Part shown: positions 51,161 to 63,526 of the stretch, in pieces | Numbering within the stretch: the first letter of the stretch is position 1 | Layout: every line of letters begins with the position of its first letter | Source of the DNA: Octopus vulgaris | Lineage: Eukaryota | Direction of reading: 5' to 3' | Assembly (NCBI GenBank): GCA_951406725.2 | Contig: OX597829.1 | Span: 24,924,001-24,988,000, forward strand | Length of the DNA: 64,000 nucleotides | Notes under the pieces: generated by a model | Seen by the model: only the letters and a program-made list of their open reading frames with translations | Databases searched by the model: none | What the model was told of the DNA's origin: nothing | Program-made: the position numbers and the translations under genes

Positions 51161-51440
51161 TGGAGGTGCAATGGCCCAGTGGTTAGGGCAGTGGACTCGC
51201 TGTTTCGATTCCCAGACCGGGCGTTGTGTGTGTTTATTGAGCAAAAACACCTAAAAGCTCCAGGAGGTGGTGGCGACCCCTAATGTACTCTTTCGTCACA
51301 ACTTTCTCTCATTCTCTCTTCCTGTTTCTTGAGTAATGCTGCGATGGACTAGCGTCCCATCCAGCTGGGGGGAAGACATACGCCACAGAAACCAGGAAAC
51401 CAGGCCCATGAGCCTGGCTAGGCTTGAAAAGAGTGAACAA
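51161..51440 (+). mobile_element. tRNA-derived SINE
   Basis: ggaggtgcaatggcccagtggttagg (A box), gtttcgattccc (B box), central gcgatggactagcgtcccatccag. Confidence 0.8.
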
Positions 51441-52348
51441 AAATAATAAATGAATCAGCAATATTCCAAATGTCCCTATCTAGTGAAACCACAGCCAAGG
51501 GAATGGATTTGGGTGGATTTACAGGGAAAGATTTACTTGATTTATACTTTTTTCCTCACCTCATTCACAAATATATTCTCCGTTGATTAAGACATCACTT
51601 ATAACATACTAACATACAATTAAATTGTCATATTTCCCATTGCTTCTTCCCACCTTCTATATTGGTAACTTTTTCTTCACTCTTTTCAACATTTTCCTTC
51701 AATTTCTTCTGCTAGTTTTCATATTCATCCCTCATTAAATGTTTATCATACTGTTGCCAACATGAATGCTTGGTCCCCTGTTGAGTCCACCATGGGAAGA
51801 ATGAGGGTCTTCTCTCTTTTCTTACCTTGAAACAAAGATGGAAAACCCTCTGCTTTTCATACAATTTCCTTGTTTAACAGCTTTTTATAATAACAGTTAT
51901 GCTTCTTTTTATTCAATGTCCCCAAGAACAAGAGTATCCTTAAAATTCTGCACACACTTCTAGACTACAACATCTAGACTTACTCAGAATATTTTCAAAT
52001 CTGTTGCTTTCTATTTCTCCTTTTTGCTAAGTACATCTGGTGTCTAACTTCTTTTCTAGCTACTTGGTATAGTTCTCTGCTGCCCACTTTCTTCTAGTCT
52101 ATCCTTTTCAAGACTGTCTCTTAGCTTTTATGGCTCAATCTATAGTAATGTTCCACCAACAGGTCTAGTTCCAACTTGCTCTAACCACAGATCTTTCTTG
52201 TAGCTTCAGCAAGTTGTCAAGTAGGGAACTTCCAACTGTTCTATTTTTATATGTCTTCAGGCCTCCTGTTTTTTTTTCAAATAGTTCAACTGTACCTTTC
52301 CTAAATTTCTTATTGTTCATAATGTGTTAATGTAGTAGTGTTAAGCTA

Positions 52349-52388
<40 letters not shown>

Positions 52389-53874
52389 ACAAGTTAATAA
52401 ATAAAACATATGCATACATACATACATACATATATGTACATACCTACATCTATATGCATATATACATGCATATATGAGTACAGGACACCACAAATAAACG
52501 TAGAACACAACGAGAAACGAAAACATAAAATCAAACAAGGAAACAGATTTTTTTTAACAACGAAAAAACAGAGTACAATACAAACAATACAAGGAATATT
52601 CCCCTTCATCAGCTGCCCCTGTTTCGACTCAATGCGTGTTTCGAAGGTAAGGGCAGAACACAATCTGGCCGAAGCAGTCCTTCCTGCAAAATGAATTAAA
52701 TAAAATTCTTTTGCAGAGGGGTAAAAAAAGCGACAAGAACAGGACGTAAAAGCAATACAAATGAAGAAAAAAACAGTACAAATAAAGAATAAAAACAGGA
52801 CAAGGAAACCAACAATAAGGGCTTTTTTTTTTCTTCTTTTTTTTAAGCCTAGACGGTGGAAAAATTCGTTAGAACGCATACCGAAGATTGGCTTGCAGAA
52901 GAGAGAAAAAAACCGATGCTGACTTGTTGAAAGCAGCGGGCAGAAAGAAAGTTAGCAGTCCTCCGGTCAGCAGCCAGAGAGAGAGGAGGAGGAGTGAGAG
53001 AGAGAGAGAGGAAAAGAAACCAGAAAGGGTGAAAAATAAGAAAGAGAGAGACAGGTAGAGAGGAAGACAGACAGGCAGGGAGGAAAGGTCAAGTAAAGAG
53101 TTAAGAGTGCGGGTCATAATTATTGAAATAAAAACTTACTTGGAGAAGACTAGAATTGGGCAGATTTTAAGCTAGTTCCTGTGAAGGGCTCTTCATTAGG
53201 CCTTGGGCCCACCAACAATGACACTTCATGCATTGAGTACATATTAAATTTTATTAAACTTCAATATTTTTCAAGCAATGAACAATTTTGATCAAAACAA
53301 TGATGTAACTTGTTGACTTTGAACTTATTGCAAAGCTGCATGATAAACGACAGTACCACCATCATCACATCTGCCGTACACACACCATTCAGACTTCTAA
53401 CATCACCACCATCAATACCTCTGACGTTGCTGCCTTCATCACCATCACCACTGTCTTTCACATTGCTTACTCTCACTTCATCCCTCACTGCCTCCATCAC
53501 AACTACAGCTCATACTATTGCTATCACCCCATTACCATCACAAAGTGTGTGTTCCTTCAGTATGTTACTTCAGCATCTTACTTCAATGGTCAGTCCCTCT
53601 TTCTCTTACATACCCCCTCTTTGTCTCTCATATTAGTCCCACTGCCACCATCAGCACTATTACTTTTAATAAAAACACCAACTCTCCCTAAATTTCTTTG
53701 TCTCTCTTTCATTTCCTCTCCTTTTTTTTTTTCTCTCTCTCTCTTCGCCACCACCCTCACTGTCTCTATGCCTACTATTATTCTCACCCCAACATGAGCA
53801 ATAGTCAGAGTGTCAATGAATAGTGAGAGAGGGGTCAAAGTGTGACACACTGACACAAACTTTTGCATGGCTAA

Positions 53875-54105
53875 GGCGGCGAGCTGGCAGAAACGTTAGT
53901 GTGCCAGGCGAAGTGCTTAGCAGTATTTTGTCTGTCGTTATGCTCTGAGTTCAAATTCCACCGAGGTCGACTTTACCTTTCATCCTTCCGGGGGTCGATA
54001 AATAAAGTACCAGTTTCGCACTGGGGTCGATGTAATCGACTTACTCCCTTTGTCTGTCCTTGATTGTCCCCTCTATATTTAGCCCCTTGTGGGCAGTAAA
54101 GAAAT
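53875..54105 (+). mobile_element. Full-length SINE of the 144-615 family
   Basis: ggcggcgagctggcagaaacgttag ... tgtgggcagtaaagaaata. Confidence 0.9.
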
Positions 54106-54544
54106 ATATATATTAGATATAAGGAGGGAGGCTGAAAAGTTCCTGGCTTTGGGTAAAATAAAATACTGGAAGATCAGTTAATTATGATTTTATTCAACAT
54201 ATACCCTTCTCAGATTCACACACTTATTGCTGAAGTCCTTCAGTTTTTCTAAGCCTTGTAAAAGAACTTGGAAGGTTGGGCTAGAACTTTTCAGCAACAC
54301 TCATTGTTTCTCCAAGCAACCTTCAGGTTCTGAGCACATAGTCTGTTCTATTTGGAAATCAGGACACTGGTACACGAGAAATTACACAAACAAGGTTGAT
54401 GCGAAAAGTGGGAGGGTGAATAAAAAATGTAGAGAGGATGGGGTCCACCAGTACGCCAAAAGAAATTTATCCATATACTTGCATTTGCTGAAAATTCCAG
54501 AACTGGAATTAAGTGGTGTGGTGGAATTCTTTAATTTAAAAAGA

Positions 54545-54890
54545 ATGTGCGAGGCCCTGAATCTTACCCACTTGACTAGGCATGTATGATAAACACTTCT
54601 CTATGAGGCAGAAGTCACAGCAATACTTCAAGATAATCTAACTGGAAAGAAAAATTACATTGGTTCAGGAAAAGGTGATTTCAAGAGATTTTATGAAAAC
54701 CACCTATCTTCTTTCTGACACATTGGCAAAAGTAAAGCCACTAAATTGGCTAGCGATGTATGGGGTTTGAAGACCAACTGAACACCACATACAATCAAAT
54801 GGAGAATTGTAGAGAAATCCATGCCATATGTTAATGGATCTAAGAAATGCAATTCATGTGTAGCTGAAAGATTGCACGTTCTTTTTAAGT
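54545..54890 (+). mobile_element. Penelope-like GIY-YIG endonuclease remnant
   Basis: 'LLYEAEVT...KNYIGSGKGDFKRFYENHLSSF...TKLASDVWGLK...IKWRIVEKSMPYVNGSKKCNSCVAE' with in-frame stops. Confidence 0.85.
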
Positions 54891-55216
54891 TTAAGAATTA
54901 TTCTACAATTAGTTTAATTATGGTTTTATGGTCAAAAGGAAACCTAACTCAAATTTTCTTTTTCCATTTTTATTTACCCCTCCACTTTTTGCATCAACAT
55001 CCTTAGTTCCAAATAGAATAGGCCATGTGCTCAGAGCCTATAGATTGCTTGGAGAAACAATGTATGTTATAAAATCCAGCCTAGACACTTGTCTTCACAG
55101 TAAGAAACTCAATAGCTCATATCTTTATACTGAACATTAAATGGTATTTTTCACTGGATGGAGTTCTTTTTATTGATCATATCTTAACAGAACAGTGGAC
55201 TGTGTGTGAGTGTATA

Positions 55217-55255
<39 letters not shown>

Positions 55256-56909
55256 CTGCTGTCATGGGTTGGATGGTTCAACATGAAATGACAAACCAAA
55301 GTGATGTGCTAATCTCTGCTTTAGTATAGTTTCTGTAGCTGATGACAATAATTTCCCAGAATGTACTGGGTGCATTTTTTGTGCCACCAGCATTGGTGAG
55401 GTCACCAAGTATTTACAAGACAATACCCCTCAACTGAGTAGGTTAGAGTGTTGAGGAATATGAAAGTATGATAGAAGTACAGGAACAGGTGTCTTGCAGA
55501 AGTATGTCAGCATGGAAAAAAGGGATGTTGAATGAATGATACACACACACATGTATAGAGAGAGAGGAGGGAGATAGACACTATAAATTGTTCACTTCAA
55601 TTACTCTCAATCATCATATACTTCCTCTCTTCACCACCACCCCAACTCCATTGTTCTATCATTGCTCTCTCTCTCTCTTTTTGTATTCACTATATTGATA
55701 TCAGTGCCTTGAAGTAAACCAATACACCAGAGCATAGTAAAGGATCTTTAATCTAGCAGAGCACAAGACAATTTCTCTACCACTGGTGCCATGATAAAAT
55801 GCATCGAATACACTCTAAATTGTAGTGGTCAAGAAGTATCTTTCGCCTTGTTGCACTCAGTACACCCTGCCCTTCCTACCAAACTAAAATTGAGAAATGT
55901 AAACTTCTGTTTTTATTTGAGTTGATCCTTATTCTGAGTTACTGTGTTACTAGATTGGGGCAATCTGCCCAATCCATGCCAGCAAGGATGAGAAATAGTA
56001 ATTTACATGCCTGATGTTTTATGATGAAAATGAATATTCTGCTTTACTGAAATAAAGTTGTATATTGAAAAAAAAAAAAAAAGAAAAGAAGAAAAGAAAA
56101 TCAACACAAGTTGAAAAAATAGTTTATTAGAAAGAAAATATATATTTTTACATAAGTATATATTTATATACAACATTATATACATTCTTCTGAGTACTGG
56201 TACTGCACTAGAGAAGTGGGAACCACTCTCATGGATTTATAACATCATTAACAGGCACATATTTCTCCTGGGTACTGGTGAAGTACAGATAACAGATAAC
56301 TAAGCTATACAGTGTATCTTGGGTACGTTTACCTGGTAAAGCCCATTCAAATTCTAATTTCAGCCAAATTGAGAGAGAGAGAAAGAAATTCTCTGGAAAG
56401 TGCTGCCCCAGCATAGCCAAGGTCTAGTGATGGAAACCAGTAAAAGATTTCCAGAAATACATCTCTACTCTTTTTAATATGTTCAGACAATGGCTTAAGT
56501 ATATCTAAAGCTACAATTGAATGTTTGAATTGTTAAATTGTTATTATCAAAGGACACAATTAGGTATTTTTTCTGAAACTGACTAGACATTGCTGAGGAA
56601 TATAAGTAGTTTAACATTAAAATTCACTAATAATCAAAATATAATTAAATATAAACAATGTATCAGTAGTTAAAAAAAAATGCTGGTCTGAATTATCACC
56701 TTTGTTTCTTCTACCACATTCATAAAACACTGTGTTAACAGAAGTTAACATGTTCCTTATATAACAAGTAATAATCCCTACAGCATTTAAGTGGAAAGTA
56801 GACATCACCTATTGTGTTCCCTATATAACTAGCCATAACCTGGAGGATCACTGTATGAAAGTAGTAGGGCTTTGCTAACAGGGGCAATGGATACAGTGAG
56901 ACCAGGCAC

Positions 56910-57190
56910 TTGAATGCCTCATGTCCTGTAAAGAAATTTGGAGCACTTATCAAAGACCAAAATTTTCTCCTGTTTGCCATCACTGGCATCATACCAACTA
57001 CAAATAACCTTAAAATATGCAGCAAAGAGGAAGACCCATTCTGCAAGCAGTGTGGAACAACTTTTTGCACCCTGTGCTATGTTTTGACTGGAAGCCCCAG
57101 CATGTTGAGGTTAAGTTGATGCAAGTTGAGAGGCAATGTTAAGGTTCTTGCTGAAATTAGCAAATAGACAGGACTCAACCTGCAAATGGG
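56910..57190 (+). mobile_element. Non-LTR retrotransposon zinc-binding (zf-RVT-like) remnant
   Basis: 'FLLFAITGIIPTTNNLKICSKEEDPFCKQCGTTFCTLCYVLTG' resembles 'LPT..NL..W....P.C..CG...TL.HIL..C' of RLE-clade LINEs. Confidence 0.65.
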
Positions 57191-57231
57191 AAATCCTATT
57201 TTAGTATGTTTCATCATACATTTCTTCAAAG

Positions 57232-57480
57232 TTACTCATTCTCAGTGTTGCCGACTATACTACTCCTACTCTCATCATCACTGGAATTCTCTGCAATAGG
57301 ATCTGGGTCATCAGTATCTTCTTCAAACAATAAATCATCCTCAGTAACATCAAGGGCATTACCACTGACACATTTTAGAAATGATATCACATCTACCTCT
57401 TTTACAGCATTCTTTCACATATTTCAATCAATAAACCATTTAAAAGATTCATATGCGAGTAGTGGAGCAAGTGAATGCAG
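57232..57480 (-). mobile_element. pogo-like transposase C-terminal remnant
   Basis: Minus strand reads 'SFLKCVSGNALDVTEDDLLFEEDTDD...', like the pogo 'SFKKCGISNALDGTEDD' motif and acidic tail. Confidence 0.7.
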
Positions 57481-57530
57481 ATTTCAGATTTTGAAGTGAC
57501 ATCAAGAGGAAGAAGAAAGTGGCTATTTAA

Positions 57531-57750
57531 CCCTTTGGTGTTTAAGCTGGCTATATCCGGCCCAAATATCCTACATGTTTACATTCAAACTGGCCATATC
57601 TAACCCCTCACACCTAACCTACATTGACATTCTAAGAATAAACTATCACACCATTGAAACTTCAAAGCTGTAAGGTAATGTATGATTAATTGAAAATAAT
57701 TTGAGTGAAAAAAGTATTACATTTAACAGATTAATCTCAACACTAAAGGG
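57531..57750. mobile_element. piggyBac-type MITE
   Basis: TTAA|ccctttggtgtt ... aacactaaaggg|TTAA. Confidence 0.8.
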
Positions 57751-57809
57751 TTAAGAGAGCTATGTTCCTATGGCTAACCCCAGTTCATGTTCCATATTGG
57801 AACTCAAAC

Positions 57810-60800
57810 TACAAATGGGAAATCCTACAACTAACAGCTCTAAAAGACTAGTTTTATCAATTCTAAAACCAGCAAACACACACCTTTTCCTAATTATTCA
57901 TCAAAGTTAACAGCATAATAATCAAATTTAGTCTGTAAATTCAAAGCATTTAAAGAAAAAGAATGGCCAAGAAAAGAAAAGTGAACTCTGTCTCATGCAG
58001 AAAGTGCAGCAGCTACTCAAAGTATTTCTCATATTTATTTCATGTGTATGTGACTATTGCTAGTGGGGGAAGATCCATGGGCAACCGTGAATAATGGACC
58101 ACAAATTACAAAGACTGTATTTAATAAAGTTAGGGACAGCACTGTGTCAAGCTTCTAACACAATATCAGAGAGAATACACTAGAGCAGACCAAGGAATGA
58201 TGATATACTTTGTCACGAGGCACCACACATGGAGAAGTGGCTGGACCAGAATTTTCGCTTTACAAGATTGGACTTACGGTCTTGGTCAGATGAGTACCTG
58301 AGGCAGGAACAAAGCCAGTGTCTGGGGCATCTCTGCTCAACTTGATCAAAGCACAAGTGTGGATAAATTTGAACATTGTGAGGGCTTTCAGAAGAACTCA
58401 CAAACTGAATTTTCTACAAGCAATTGGTCTAAGATATCGATATTATCCAAAGAAACATTCATCATGACAGCATCAAAACAGTAAGACCTATGTTTTAAGT
58501 GGTGTAACAGAAGGAACAAAACAAAAACAATGAGCAACAACAGACCTCATATTTAGAGAAGGTGTGTTGCTATGGTTCACCCCAGTACATGACTGGCACT
58601 TCATTTTGTTGATATACTTAGTCTAGATTTCCATTGGACCACTTTCAAAAGAACCCACAGACTGAATTTGCCACGATTAATTGATCTCAGATGCTGATAT
58701 TATCCAAGGAAACATTCTTCATAACAGTATAAAGACAGTAACATCCATACTTTCAGTTGTGTAACAGAAGAAACCAAAGAAAAACAATAAGCAACAACAG
58801 ACCTCATAGAGAAGGTGTGTTACTATGGCTGCTCATAGTACATGACTGGCACTTCATTCTGTTGATTTTAAAAGGATCACATCCATCTTCCTCAGATTCT
58901 AACTCCGAATGGGAAATCCTACAACTAAGTGTTCCAATGGAAATCTAGATTAGTTTTATCAGTTCTAAAACCTGCAAACACAAACACCTTTCCTTAATTA
59001 TTCATCAAAGGTAACAGCAATACAATTAAATTTAGTCTGTAAATTGAAAATCTTAAAAGAAAACATACAGGTAAGAGAGGAAAAGTGATCCCAAGTTGCT
59101 CCTGCACTTTCTGCATTCAGCAAAGTATCTCTGATATTTATTTCATGTGTAATGTTGTTGGCAGGTCACTTTTGAGTGCTACTGGTAACATGTAACCCAG
59201 TACAACCTGTTGCATGGTCGGGCTGTTGGTGACTAAACTGGCAACCCCACCAAGCTTGCTTGGTGAGGAGGGTGTTTATTGGACACCCTGCGGGATGAAA
59301 AACAAAACCCGCCAAAGGACAGAGAAACTCTTGAGAGTCAACAGCTATCCAATAAATGTGTAATTATATATTTACTGTATATCTGCTTTTTTTCTCACTA
59401 ATTTTTATATATTATATATATTTATAGCTTGCTCATTATATAAATTTTTATATACTTCACATCATATATTTTATGTATATTTTGTATATCAAGACCCCCT
59501 CAGAAAATCCGGAGCTGGAGTTCCTAAGGCGGCCTGACACAACACGTCATCACCGACAACTCCTGTGACGCATCTGGTACCAAACTGTATCGACCCATCG
59601 TTCCCTTGGAGCCACCAGCTGCGTGGAGAGGGGGGGATCAAACTGCATGGGAAACAGCTGATCCCTCGTATAAACCTGCCCAGGCCTTGTGGCTCAACAG
59701 AAGAGGAATGTTATTGGCAGTGGCAGGAGATCCATTGCTATCCATGAAAATTGAGTAAACAGATTGGAAGGAGCAGTATGTAACATTCTTAAGGATAGCA
59801 CCAAAAGGTGCTATGTCAGTAAACCAATGATAATAACACAGAAAGAAAGAATACCAAGACATAGTCTAAGGAGAGGTGGGATAATCTGCAAAATGGGGCA
59901 CACACATGGAGAAGGAATTTGATTTACTAGATTGGACACTGCAAAACAGGAGGGTATAAGCAGATAATGCTATGACAGTAGCAGAGTATTTTATAGGAAA
60001 CATGCTATGAAGATTTGTTATAGAAAATCAGAATGAAAGGCATCTAATACTAATTAGGGGCCTAGACAGATAGGAAAGAAGTCACAGTAAGAAGGACATC
60101 TCTGCTGAACTTCATCAATGCACAACAAGAGTGGATGATCTGAATATTCTGAGGGATTTGTGAAGAACTCAGACTGAATTTGCCATAAGTGATCTCAGAT
60201 GTTGATATAGTGTCATCTCTTAGAATGTTGACCAACATAATAAGGATAGTGTGACCCATCATTTCAGTGGAATATTGGTCATGCCATCATACCTTTGGTG
60301 CAAAAGAATAAAAACAAAAACACGAAAAGCAAAACAAAAATAATAAGCAGCAACAGACTTAATATTTAGGAAACTTGTGTTTCCAAATGGGAAATCCTAC
60401 GAGTAACTGTCATAGTAGACATGTAAAGTAGCTCCATTAATTCTAAAACCAGCAACACACACCACTTTTTCTTAATTATTCATCAAAGGTAACAGCAAAA
60501 CAATGAAATTTAGTCTGTAAATTCAAAGCTTTGAATGAAGAATAAAAAAAGAATAGGCAAGGGAAAGTGAACCGAGTAGCTGCTGCACTTTCTGCATGGG
60601 ACAAAGTATTTCTCTTATTTATTTCATGTGTAATGTTGTGACCATTACTAGTGGGGGAACATCCATGGGCATCCGTGATGAATAGACCACAAATTACAAA
60701 GGCAGCATTTAATAGTGTTAGGGGTAGCACTCCCAAAAAACTGAGACAAGCTACTAACGCATATCAGAGAGAATACCTAAAGCAGACCTAGGCGAGGTGG

Positions 60801-61340
60801 AATTATCTACCAAGTGGGGGCACAACACATGAAGAAGCAGTTGAACCAGAATTTGTGCTTTAAGAGATTGGACACTGCATGGCAGGAATATGTAACTAGA
60901 TGATGCAACAACCCTGGCAAAGTCTTTAACAGCAAACATGACATGAATATTCAAATCAAAATGAAAACATCTAATATTACATGGGGGCTTAGGTAGAAGA
61001 ACTCCTGAAGCAGGAATAAAGCTACAGTAACTAGGGCATGTCTGCTCAATTTGATCAAATCACAAGCATGTATGAATCCAAACATTGTGGGCTTTTGGAA
61101 GAACTGAAAGATTGAATTTGCTTCGAGTAATTCACCTCAGATATTGACACTGTCTTGGATAGTATTCTAAAAGGTGAGTGTATCTGGTAGGTAAGTGCCA
61201 TCATTTAATTGGTAAGACAAATTTGTGAAACAAAGGAAAAAAATAAACAATAAGCAGCATGATCCCAGTAGGTAGTGTTTGATAGCAGAATTGAGGAAAG
61301 AGGTAAGACAGCAAAAATGCAAGTTAGAAAGGAAAAGTGA
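57810..61340. repeat. Degenerate tandem triplication of an approximately 1-kb unit
   Basis: The anchor aatgggaaatcctac...taattattcatcaaag.taacagca...aaatttagtctgtaaatt recurs at 57813, 58908 and 60385. Confidence 0.8.
59165..59706. mobile_element. Retroposed insertion with 14-bp TSD inside repeat unit 2
   Basis: Flanked by aatgttgttggcag (59151-59164) and aatgttattggcag (59707-59720). Confidence 0.7.
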
Positions 61341-62088
61341 CCTCCAAATAGCTCCTGCAGTTTCTCAAAAAAAAAAAAAAAAACCCCAGAAAAGAAGCGT
61401 CTCTTATTTTTTACCAAAGAATTATTCTCCCCTGCAACATTTGTAAAATATTAATGATCTCTAATAGACCTTGAAAATAAAAAAAAAAAATTTTTTTGAA
61501 ATGAGTTGACACACCAGTCCCAATTTATTAAAACTGGAAATAGGCGATGGGGGTGAGGGGACGGATATCAGTTGTTTACTTAATTGCTGTGAAGCCATTA
61601 AACTATTGTAGATTTAATTATAGTTACATAAACAGGATTAAAGAAATATATATAATTACAACTATTCCTAAGAGCAATGATTATTATATTGAAATATATC
61701 AATTAGACTTTAGAGGAAAAATGATGTGAAGATTATATAGTATTGCCTAAACTGTTTGATTCATAGAAAAGTCACCTGTGAGGTGATTAAAAATTCCATA
61801 ATATTTGGAATATTAATTATCTTTAATCAGTAAAAACAAACAGTAAATCTAGACTCAAATGAAAATAACTACCATCTAAAATTATGTCATGTTCTTCATA
61901 GCTAGTTAATTCTACTTCAAAAAATGTGCCAGGAGAAAAATCATTTCAAAAATAAAAATTTATAAAAGAAATTATGAAAAAATATATTTGCTTCAGACAA
62001 ACACGTTACCATTTATTTGCATAGGAGTTGCAAAATGAAGTCTTTTGCAAAGTATTTATGTTGCCTTTTTCTTTATTGGGTATCTTCG

Positions 62089-62229
62089 TCATGCATTTAT
62101 CATAATGAGACCAACAATTGCAAGTACAAATGGAAGGAACCAAGTGAAGAACAACCACATATTCTCCAGTTTAGGATATCCTAGCATGAAGTGGCTTTGG
62201 GTTATCACAGCAAAAATTATGATTGTTGT
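62089..62229 (-). CDS. Inverted paralog of membrane-protein exon 6 with premature TGA (truncated protein or pseudogene)
   Basis: Same translation as 35896-36033, then CGA>TGA. Acceptor intact. Confidence 0.75.
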   Translation of the reverse strand, partial: TTIIIFAVITQSHFMLGYPKLENMWLFFTWFLPFVLAIVGLIMINA

Positions 62230-63385
62230 CTGAAGAGAGACAGAAAACAAAAACACAGATAAACTTTGGCAAACAACATTGAAATGGAGAACAGAATCAA
62301 AAAACAATACAGCTTATTGCAACAGTTGACAATTTGAGTGAGAAAAATACATTTAAACTGTATAAACAGGAACTAATTAAAGAGTATTGTAGACATTTAT
62401 ATATTAAGAGGTTGAATGGCAAATTTGGCCAGTTATGAAAAATGGCCAACCAAATAACAGTTCCTCCAATGTTCATTGATGTATTCCATAACAGTTTTGT
62501 TTCTTTTATGAAAGCCAAAAGTGCCATGAACTGAAAAGGCATAGAACTTTACTGTCAATGACAAACTATATCACTTGGTGTGCATGTGCTCCAATCTGAG
62601 GAAAAGTAACCAGACATAAAAATCTGGCTGAAAAATATCTCACAATATGAAATACAGAATTGGAAAGCATAAAAGACTGCATGACCTACAGCACCATGTA
62701 AATCTAAGAATAATTAGATAAATCTGTTTGATTAATTAAAATGCAAGGAAAAAGAAAAATGCACACTGATTTGTGGAATATTCTGTATAACACTGTATGT
62801 TGTGCATTTTCAATTTATTCTATACACTAATAGAGAATGTTGATATTAGTCACTTGATATAACCGTAAAATACTCTGCAAAGCTTACAATATATAACCAC
62901 ATGGTCAAAATGATTACAGCTGCTTTTCATTAGATCAACAAGTTATCACTGGCCTTGCAGTAAACAAGAAGGACTTAATAGTTTCATTAAGCTATATACT
63001 CATCAATACAATTCAGCTATAAGCAGGACTAAAAGTTCAACTACCCTTATTTCTATAGTGTAACTATCATGAAGAACCAAGCTTGCAATTCAGAAACTAT
63101 ATTAAATTGGCTGACAAACTTTTTGATCATTTGTTCAATCAAGCAAAGCTGTTTTAGCATGTCCACTAGCATAAACTGGTAGACTAATTAACAAATAGCA
63201 TGTACCTGTCTACCAAACATCAATTTAATTATAGCAAGGCTAAATAAAAGAGAACAGACTCTTTTAGAAATATTCACACCATGAAATACAATAATTGGTA
63301 GTAATGAATCAGAAATTTAGATACATTTGACTTGTAAAACATACACATTTAATAGAAAGGAAAAAAAATCAAAAACAATACTTAC

Positions 63386-63526
63386 GTAAACACGAGAGAG
63401 TAAAACTGATTTTATATCTCTTTTTATGCAAAAACTCGTAGAGTACCAAGATAACCAAATACCACCAAGTGTCGATCCACCCACAAGTTGAATTATATAT
63501 ACATGGATTAGATCGGGTTTTGGAGA
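63386..63526 (-). CDS. Inverted paralog of membrane-protein exon 5
   Basis: SPKPDLIHVYIIQLVGGSTLGGIWLSWYSTSFCIKRDIKSVLLSRVY; open frame and intact splice sites. Confidence 0.8.

Noticed and set aside
51500-52340. Possible minus-strand LINE endonuclease remnant
   Set aside because: Too degenerate to support with a specific motif.
53261-53868. Ser/Thr/Pro/Leu-rich ORFs (similar tracts at 13770-14320, 31080-31400, 43470-43850)
   Set aside because: They come from strand-asymmetric purine-rich low-complexity DNA with no splice sites or motifs.
57206-57499. Ser-rich 97-aa + strand ORF
   Set aside because: It is the antisense shadow of the acidic pogo transposase tail on the minus strand.
58430-58730. 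Possible C/D-box snoRNAs (ATGATGA...CTGA-like) on the minus strand of the sub-repeats
   Set aside because: The boxes are only about 40 nt apart, each copy has one box mutated, and no terminal stem or rRNA complementarity was recognised.
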